Below are positions 1 through 5,769 of a stretch of 11,244 nt of DNA, one piece after another. The position numbers and the translations under genes are program-made. The notes under the pieces were generated by a model, which worked only from the letters and a program-made list of their open reading frames with translations, did not search any database and was not told the DNA's origin. Each line of letters begins with the position of its first letter. The first letter of the stretch is position 1. This DNA is from Myxococcales bacterium. Lineage in GTDB: Bacteria; Myxococcota_A; UBA9042. The DNA lies in NCBI GenBank assembly GCA_037441385.1, contig JBBISH010000167.1:1-11244 (forward strand), given 5' to 3'.

Positions 1-1308
1 GCCACCACCTGCAACGATGGCAACACCTGCACGGACGACGCCTGCGACCCCAGCAAGGGCTGCACGTTCACGGCCAACACCCAACAATGCTCGGACGGCA
101 GCGTCTGCACCACCGGCGACACCTGCAAGCAGGGCGCCTGCGTCCCCGGCCCCGGCATCCAGTGCAACGACGGCAACCCGTGCACCGACGACGCCTGCGA
201 CCTGGCCAAGGGCTGCACCTTTACCGACAACAGCAAACCGTGCGACGACCAGAACGGCTGCACCCAGGGCGACGTCTGCTCGGCCGGCAAATGCCAAGCC
301 GGCGCCACCGGTTGCAGCGAGTTCGGCACCTGCCAGCCGCAGAAGGCCGGCATCGCCTGCGTCTGCAACACCTATTACCAAGGCGACGGCTTTACCTGCG
401 ACCCGATCTGCGGCGACAACGTCATCGTCGGCAACGAACAGTGCGAAGACGGCAACACCACCTCGGGCGACGGCTGCAGCGACAAGTGCCAGATCGAGAA
501 GGGCTTCGACTGCTTTGTGGCCGAGCCCAACTACTGCACGCCCACCTGCGGCGACGGCCTGATCGTGGGCAACGAGGGCTGCGACGACGGCGCCACCAAG
601 TCTGGCGACGGCTGCAGCAGCGTGTGCCAGATCGAGCCGGGCTTCGCCTGCTCCAACGACCCGACCCCGACGGTGTGCAAGGACATCGACGAGTGCGCCA
701 CCGGCAAGGTCATTTGCGGCACCAACGCCAGCTGCCAGAACTTCCCGGGCTCGTACAAATGCGTGTGCGACAAGGGCTACGTCGGCGACGGCCAGACCTG
801 CCAGTGCGGCTCGGCCTACACCTTTGACGACGGCAAGCCGTCCGGCTGGACCACGGGCACCTGGAATGGCAACAACTTCTGGGGCATCGCCACCCAGAGC
901 GGCGGCAACGTGCCCTACCTGTTCCAGACGCCCGCCTTCGGCACGCCGAACATCGGCCCGATGGGTACCGAAAACAGCTACTTGCTCAGCCCGATATTCG
1001 ACACGACGGGCGGCAGCACGTTCACGGTCGATACCTGGTTCTCGACCGAGACCGGCAACTACGACCGCAAGTCCATCGAGATCACCTACGATGGCGGTCA
1101 AAGCTGGACCACGCTGATCGCCTACACCGACCCGCTGTGGAACCAAATTGGCTCCTGGCACACGCTGACCTTCAAGGTCCCAGCCAACTCGGGCAGCCTG
1201 CTCACGCAGGTCCGCTTCTCGTACAACACGATCGACGGCTGCTGCGGCCCCGATCCCACCGGCTGGTACATCGACAACTTCCAGCTGCCCACGCCCTGCC
1301 CACTGTAG
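1..1308 (+). CDS. 5'-truncated Cys-rich extracellular protein (CNDGNxCTxDxC repeats, two Myxococcus Cys-rich/DUF4215-type repeats, EGF-like and Ca-binding EGF domains, C-terminal MAM/adhesin-like beta-sandwich)
   Basis: Frame 1 is open from base 1 (ATTCNDGNTCTDDACDPSKGC...) to TAG at 1306-1308, so the ORF-track start at 517 is internal. Motifs: CGDNVIVGNEQCEDGNTTSGDGCSDKCQIE, CGDGLIVGNEGCDDGATKSGDGCSSVCQIE, DIDEC...CQNFPGSYKCVCDKGYVGDGQTC, YLLSPIFD...QVRF...GWYIDNFQL. Strong G/C bias at third codon positions. Confidence 0.93.
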   Translation, partial: ATTCNDGNTCTDDACDPSKGCTFTANTQQCSDGSVCTTGDTCKQGACVPGPGIQCNDGNPCTDDACDLAKGCTFTDNSKPCDDQNGCTQGDVCSAGKCQAGATGCSEFGTCQPQKAGIACVCNTYYQGDGFTCDPICGDNVIVGNEQCEDGNTTSGDGCSDKCQIEKGFDCFVAEPNYCTPTCGDGLIVGNEGCDDGATKSGDGCSSVCQIEPGFACSNDPTPTVCKDIDECATGKVICGTNASCQNFPGSYKCVCDKGYVGDGQTCQCGSAYTFDDGKPSGWTTGTWNGNNFWGIATQSGGNVPYLFQTPAFGTPNIGPMGTENSYLLSPIFDTTGGSTFTVDTWFSTETGNYDRKSIEITYDGGQSWTTLIAYTDPLWNQIGSWHTLTFKVPANSGSLLTQVRFSYNTIDGCCGPDPTGWYIDNFQLPTPCPL

Positions 1309-1362
1309 CCACGCCTCCTGACTCAAGGGCAATTGTCGGCTGGGCAGGGAAAAGGACCTGCA

Positions 1363-2007
1363 ATGCGACGCTGGCACGTCTTGTTGATGCGTTGTGGCAT
1401 GGGCGCGGTTCTGGCCGGGATCTCTGGGTGCGGGAGCAGTGGTGGCGGGCCGGCGCCCAGCTTGATTGGCGCCAGTTGCACCACCGCCGAGCGCGCTGCG
1501 GCCGCGCGCATGTGCTACGGCAAACAAGTTCTTGTGTGCACAGTGGACGGCAGCGCGGCCGACGCGAAGAGTACGGCCACAAGCGGAGGCGGCGGCATGA
1601 CGCCCGGACCACCGCCGACGTGGCAACTCGAAGCGGACTGCGCAAACCAGAGCGAGATCTGCCAAAACGGCGAGTGCATGGCCCAAGGCAGCAACCCGCT
1701 GCAGGGGTATACCTCGGGCACGTGGACGGGCGCGTGCCACGCCACCCAACTGGGCGGCTCGTTCCACTGTTCCATCGCAGGCGACAGCACGCTCGCGGGC
1801 CAGGTCACCGGCCAGCTCACTTCGCAGTCCGGCGGCTCCACGACATTCAGCCTGAGCGGCGCGCTCGCGGGCGATGGCACCGCAACCGCTACCAGCGCCG
1901 GCCCCTGTACGTGGTCAGGGAGTTTCGCTGCCGCGGGCGGCAGGCTGGTCGGCAGCGGCGACTACAGCTGCCCGGATGGCTGCGCCGGCACCTGGAGCAC
2001 GTTCTGA
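1363..2007 (+). CDS. Putative lipoprotein, Cys/Gly-rich, with beta-rich C-terminal domain; function unknown
   Basis: ATG 1363 follows GGGAAAAGGA. The N-terminus MRRWHVLL...AVLAGISGC has a basic start, a hydrophobic stretch and a lipobox-like ISGC followed by a GSSGGG linker. Stop TGA 2005-2007. Start could be a later Met. Confidence 0.78.
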   Translation: MRRWHVLLMRCGMGAVLAGISGCGSSGGGPAPSLIGASCTTAERAAAARMCYGKQVLVCTVDGSAADAKSTATSGGGGMTPGPPPTWQLEADCANQSEICQNGECMAQGSNPLQGYTSGTWTGACHATQLGGSFHCSIAGDSTLAGQVTGQLTSQSGGSTTFSLSGALAGDGTATATSAGPCTWSGSFAAAGGRLVGSGDYSCPDGCAGTWSTF

Positions 2008-2013
2008 TCCGAA

Positions 2014-2067
2014 CCTAGTACACCGAACCTCAAGTCCTTTCAGGGTTGCCGATGCCGGTGTACTAGG
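2014..2067. repeat. Perfect 12-bp inverted repeat with CTAG at both ends (mini-IS/MITE-like remnant or hairpin)
   Basis: CCTAGTACACCG (2014-2025) and its exact reverse complement CGGTGTACTAGG (2056-2067), 30-bp spacer. Confidence 0.7.
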
Positions 2068-2093
2068 CGGCGCTAGCCGCGCGCGGGGGTCGC

Positions 2094-2136
2094 AGGGGGC
2101 GGGGATCCCAGCGTGGGCGGCGCGCCCCCTTTCCTT
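2094..2136 (+). terminator. GC-rich stem-loop followed by a pyrimidine run; possible terminator or REP-like palindrome
   Basis: AGGGGGCG (2094-2101) pairs with CGCCCCCT (2123-2130), inner CCCA/TGGG pair, then TTCCTT. The U-tract is weak. Confidence 0.3.
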
Positions 2137-2702
2137 ACTCAATAGGCCAGTACTGCGAACCATTCGAGAGGCCTAATACCAATTCCGTCCGAATCGGATC
2201 GAAAACTCGGGCAATTCTTCGGGCTCGAACCGGGGTCCCCGCCTGATTCTCGCCAGTTGCAGAACGGGTCAGAAAAGCCGTACAGGCGCGAATCAGGTGG
2301 GGTGCGTATAACCCTGAACGTACTTTGGGTTTGTGGTGCTAGCTTCGGGCCCCACGAATTGACGGCGTTTTTTGAGCCAATTCAGACGGACTCCGCATGA
2401 CGCGCCCACCGGTTGCGTGGATCGCGGGCCGCGGGTCACACGGCTGGCAAGGCGTGCTGGGCGAGGCCGGTGGACCCGTGGGACCACGGGCAGATGCGGC
2501 AGAGGCTGGCGAATGGCGTCGGCATTTTCCCGGCGGCAACCAAAGGTGCGGCCGCCAGGGTGACTCCGTCTCTCTCTGGTGCGCCGCGTTGGGCAGCGCA
2601 ATGGGAGCGGCGTAGTGGCTTGCGCAAGTGCCAGTCGGCTCCACGCACCCAATACGCAGGTCTCGAAAAGAAGTTTCAGAAGAAGAATACTGCATGCGCA
2701 AC

Positions 2703-2743
2703 TTGGAAATATCCAATTGACTCGAATGGATAAGAGGTATACT
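2703..2743 (+). promoter_or_regulatory. Candidate sigma70-type promoter with adjacent inverted repeat
   Basis: TTGACT (2717-2722) and TATACT (2738-2743) in an AT-rich patch. The spacer is only 15 bp. TTGGA-N4-TCCAA (2703-2716) abuts the -35. Confidence 0.35.
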
Positions 2744-2810
2744 GTGGACCTCCGAGACCGGGGCGGCCGGCTTGACAGCACCGGCAAGCGAGGTCGGACG
2801 CCAAACGGCC

Positions 2811-2834
2811 ATATCTATGACTGAGCATAGATAT
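2811..2834. promoter_or_regulatory. Perfect palindromic operator candidate (lux/las-box geometry)
   Basis: ATATCTATG-actgag-CATAGATAT. The inner 20-mer ATCTATGACTGAGCATAGAT fits NNCT-N12-AGNN. It lies ~95 bp upstream of the ATG at 2930. Confidence 0.6.
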
Positions 2835-2929
2835 CTTGCGTAGTCGGACGCGACCAGTGTCGCACAAGAACCTGATTTTCGTTCGTTTCAAAGCATCTGT
2901 TCGCCAAATTCCGGGAAAGGAGAGCACCC

Positions 2930-3673
2930 ATGCAGATTCTCCGACTGACTGAACCCGCGCAACATGCAGAATTCAACGCCGCGTGCCGCCGCCTGATCGG
3001 CAGCGAGTACAGCAGGGACGACCTTGCGCGATGCGAGTGCTATGGCGCGCTCCGCGACGGACGACTCGTCGCCGGCTGGCTGCTCGATCCGGGCGCGCAC
3101 ATGTACCGCTCGCAACTTGCGGCTGCGGACCGAGAACGGGTCGACGCGAAATACGGTGCGGATGCCTGCGTGGGCGTTCACGGATGGTGGATGGATCCGG
3201 AGCTCAAAGGCGCCTTCATTCGGTTCTGGGTCACCACGTCCGTGGTCCGCACCATCCTAGCGTCGAGGCGCCCCTTCATGTTGGCCGGCTCCACCAACGA
3301 GAAGATCTTCGAGATCTACCGCGGTGCCCACCCCTGCGAGTGCTTTACGGCCCGCGTCACCTTCGCGGACGGGGAGAAATCGGTCCGCATCGCGATGGGC
3401 CGCATGCGCAACATGGGCCTGGGCTTCGCCGTGCACACCAGTCGGCGCTGGACGCGCTCGGCGCAGCGCTGGGCCATCGGTCGCCGGGACCGCGCGTCGG
3501 CGTGGATCGGCCACGCTGCAACGACCGTTGCCCACACGCCGATCGGGCGCAGCGCCGTCGCCCTGGGCAGTTCGCAGCCGGTCCATTGGTGGCGCGAAAT
3601 GGCGCATCTGATCCAGCCAGAGGTCGCCCATTCCGGGCACAGCGGTTCGGGCCGGGACGCAGGAGCCGAGTAG
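2930..3673 (+). CDS. Hypothetical protein with probable GNAT/acyltransferase fold
   Basis: RBS GGAAAGGAGAG before ATG 2930; TAG 3671-3673. GNAT-like order of elements: CYGALRDGRLVAGWLL beta-hairpin, VGVHGWWMDPELKG (motif A-like), helix, FMLAGSTNEKIFEIY (motif B-like). Confidence 0.75.
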   Translation: MQILRLTEPAQHAEFNAACRRLIGSEYSRDDLARCECYGALRDGRLVAGWLLDPGAHMYRSQLAAADRERVDAKYGADACVGVHGWWMDPELKGAFIRFWVTTSVVRTILASRRPFMLAGSTNEKIFEIYRGAHPCECFTARVTFADGEKSVRIAMGRMRNMGLGFAVHTSRRWTRSAQRWAIGRRDRASAWIGHAATTVAHTPIGRSAVALGSSQPVHWWREMAHLIQPEVAHSGHSGSGRDAGAE

Positions 3674-3682
3674 CCGCCGCAG

Positions 3683-3938
3683 TCGACCACCAAGTTGGGG
3701 GCCATTTTCTACCCATTGAAATTACGCAATTCTCAACCCCGCGTCAGCGATGCTGGCCCGCAGGGGTGGCGGCGCCAAGCCGGCGACGCCACCGCCGGGA
3801 GCAGAAACCTGCGGTCCCGCCAGCACTCCCTTCGACCGGCGGCCGCAGCGCGACGGGCCGGCGGCGGGGTTCAGAACTTGCCCCCCAACTTGCCAGAACT
3901 TGCCCACTACCTTCTTCCCGCCGGGCCGGGACGCCCAG
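3683..3938. repeat. Dispersed structured repeat, copy A (MITE/REP-like, imperfect terminal inverted repeats)
   Basis: Colinear with 6786-7012, including an identical 40-bp block (3827-3866 = 6924-6963). 3683-3712 is identical to 5409-5438. The left end CAAGTTGGGGGCCATTTTCT (3691-3710) matches the reverse complement of the right end 3873-3892 at 17/20 positions. Confidence 0.88.
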
Positions 3939-4271
3939 GTGGGTGTCACGCCAAACGGCAAGCACTTCAACCCAGGACCCCGTCACCACCCCGACCGCAA
4001 TCACACGATATCCGTCCAGAAGCTCCACGAACTCGCCGACCACCAGCCACGACGCGGGCGGCTCTGAAACCGGCACCCCGTGCACCATCGCCTGACGATT
4101 CGGAGCGTCGTAGTCGATGTTCACTAGCTGGACATCGCGGTAGAAAACCGCCTGCTCCTGCACGTAGCGCTGCCAGCGGATGCCGCAGCGAAGCCCTGCA
4201 AGTGGCGGCCGCCGACGTCCGCCGAACTCAGGCGGAATCCAGAGGCACTTCGTCCCTATCGCGCTCGGCAT
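3744..4271 (-). CDS. Stand-alone EF-Tu domain III-like protein (~99-aa domain; reading frame runs on into repeat copy A)
   Basis: ATG at 4271 is preceded by AAAGAGGGTGAG. LWIPPEFGGRRRPPLAGLRCGIRW...GEFVELLDGYRVIAVGVV parallels EF-Tu C-terminal [24 protein letters not shown]...GLRFAIREGGRTVGAGVV. The first in-frame stop is at 3744-3746, inside the repeat. Confidence 0.68.
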   Translation of the reverse strand: MPSAIGTKCLWIPPEFGGRRRPPLAGLRCGIRWQRYVQEQAVFYRDVQLVNIDYDAPNRQAMVHGVPVSEPPASWLVVGEFVELLDGYRVIAVGVVTGSWVEVLAVWRDTHLGVPARREEGSGQVLASWGASSEPRRRPVALRPPVEGSAGGTAGFCSRRWRRRLGAATPAGQHR

Positions 4272-4285
4272 CTCACCCTCTTTGT

Positions 4286-4711
4286 TCAGCTGCGCGCAGC
4301 GCCCGGTCCCACCTCGAAGGTCAAACAAGCCTGGTGACAGAGCGCCACCCGTTGGTGCACGCCCGGGTCGGGATGGCGGGCGGTGATGGTGTACGCGTAG
4401 CTCGTGTCCGCTGGCCTGCCGCACAAGAAGCACGTACCAGGCTGGGCCGGCGGCGAAGGGGACTCAACCGTGGGCAAGCCAACGTCCTGTGGAATGCCCG
4501 GTTCGGAAGCTCCTTTGCGGGCCATCGCGTGGATCCGAGCGAGGTCGGCATGGAGCGCCGCGAACTCGGCGCGCGAGTATCCCGTGCGGAGCGAACATTC
4601 GCCCTCGTCGAGGACGTTGGGGACCTCGAGCAGGAGTGCGAGAAGCATGTCGAGTTCGGCGTAGCGGACGCGGAGGTGCAGGTCCGATCCACTCCGATTT
4701 TCAAGTTGCAC
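4286..4711 (-). CDS. Hypothetical protein: N-terminal helical immunity-like module, Pro-rich linker, C-terminal CxxC...CHxxC Zn-finger-like module
   Basis: GTG 4711 is preceded by GGAGGG; TGA 4286-4288, 14 bp before the next start. Motifs ELDMLLALLLEVPNVLDEGECSLRTGYSRAEF and CFLCGRP...LCHQACL. Confidence 0.72.
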   Translation of the reverse strand: MQLENRSGSDLHLRVRYAELDMLLALLLEVPNVLDEGECSLRTGYSRAEFAALHADLARIHAMARKGASEPGIPQDVGLPTVESPSPPAQPGTCFLCGRPADTSYAYTITARHPDPGVHQRVALCHQACLTFEVGPGAARS

Positions 4712-4963
4712 GTTCCCTCCATCGCGACGACTTGCCGTCGCGCCCAGCAGTTCTGCAAGTCCTCGTCGGCTCTACTGGCATGGCTGCTCGGCCTCCGGCA
4801 CTCTGGCGCCAGTGAGACGAGCGAAGGCCAATGCTGCCCCTGGTGGCCCTCAGCTGCAATGCGGTTGTTGGCATGGCAGTGGCATGGCAAAGCCACGTGA
4901 GGCAGCAAGTGCCCGAATTAGTGGTGTTGTGCATCAGCGACGAGGCGACCTCGGCCGGGGCTG

Positions 4964-5320
4964 CTACGCTTGGTAGTCCTCGAACTCCCAATGGCCAATA
5001 CGAGCCAGTTTCTTGGCGATTTCCGCCCAATCCCGCCCGCTGCATCGGCCCACCGCCTTCTTGAGCTAGGCGTCCACCTGGGCGTAGTTGTACTCGTTCA
5101 CGATCAGCAGGTGTCTGCCACATTGCGGACCGCCATCCCGAATTCTGGCGGCCAGGCGCTTTGGCGTGATCAACTCCACGTCAAACGACTCCTCGCCAAT
5201 GGTGCCTTGGGGCCCTACAATGACCTGAATAATCAGGGCAAAGTCATCGTCACACGGAGGCCGAAAGTGTTCAAACGTGTCGACATCCGGCGAATGCAGC
5301 CGGCGAATCTCGGCGTTCAA
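4964..5320 (-). pseudogene. Immunity protein 8 (Imm8) family gene interrupted by an in-frame TAG at 5066-5068
   Basis: TTG 5320 follows AAGGAGGG. Reads NAEIRRLHSPDVD...FALIIQVIVGPQGTIGEESFDVELITPKRL...GRHLLIVNEYNY, then after the TAG continues in frame as LKKAVGRCSGRDWAEIAKKLARIGHWEFEDYQA* (stop 4964-4966), the typical Imm8 WEFEDY terminus. Confidence 0.85.
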
Positions 5321-5408
5321 GTCGCCCTCCTTGGCCACTCGGCCCACGGCTGCGTCAGGCACGCAGTCTAGCCCCGGATCGTCCAGGAGGGTACCGGGGC
5401 GGACGCGT

Positions 5409-5587
5409 TCGACCACCAAGTTGGGGGCCATTTTCTACTAGGGCGAAATCGCCCAGATCGACACGGCGCGCCTGAGCCGGGAGCAGCGCGAGCGGCTGCG
5501 GACGTCGCTGGCCACGCTGGAGCAGCAGGTGCAGGAGCTGCGGGCGGTGGTGGGGTAGGTGGGGTTCAGGACTTGCCCCCCAATTTG
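5409..5587. mobile_element. Repeat copy B: both ends of the element bracketing a 38-codon gene 3' fragment
   Basis: 5409-5438 is identical to 3683-3712 (30/30). 5561-5587 GGGGTTCAGGACTTGCCCCCCAATTTG matches 3866-3892 at 25/27. The interior is unrelated to copies A and C. Confidence 0.7.
5442..5558 (+). pseudogene. Orphan 3' gene fragment (helical C-terminus, no start codon)
   Basis: Translates as GEIAQIDTARLSREQRERLRTSLATLEQQVQELRAVVG*. 37 of 38 codons end in G/C. It is preceded in frame by TAG (5439-5441) at the junction with the element's left end. Confidence 0.55.
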
Positions 5588-5769
5588 ACTTTCACGGCGG
5601 GGATGGCGAAGCGGGCCGCGTGTGCATGCAGCCCGTCGATGCCTGTCGGCAAGCAAGCACACAGGTTGCTGCCAGGCCTCAAGCGTCGCCACACGCGGCA
5701 GTGATTCCGGCTTCGAAAAAATAGTCGCAGCCCCGTAGATCGAACTCTGGCCTGATGCGTCCAAGCGGA

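Noticed and set aside
17..827. ORFs 17..562 and 87..827 (+)
   Set aside because: Out-of-frame shadows of the Cys-rich gene in frame 1; low-complexity Ala/Pro/Arg translations typical of GC-rich DNA.
2293..2927. Several 60-165-aa ORFs on both strands in the long intergenic region
   Set aside because: No recognisable motifs, no clear RBS and no consistent codon bias; treated as non-coding, though a small gene cannot be excluded.
4272..4433. N-terminal extension of ORF 3744..4433
   Set aside because: It overlaps the 4286..4711 gene; ATG 4271 has a good RBS and begins the recognisable domain.
3695..4900. 401-aa + strand ORF, and the similar N-terminus of ORF 6732..7148
   Set aside because: The similarity arises from translating the DNA repeat; the rest is antisense to better-supported minus-strand genes, and no transposase motifs are visible.
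5066..5068. Genome-wide TAG recoding as an explanation of the Imm8 stop
   Set aside because: TAG terminates many apparently complete genes in this window (1308, 3673, 6753, 9417, 9427, 10853).
5321..5431. N-terminal extension of the Imm8 ORF (start 5431)
   Set aside because: It starts inside repeat copy B; family similarity and a strong RBS point to TTG 5320.
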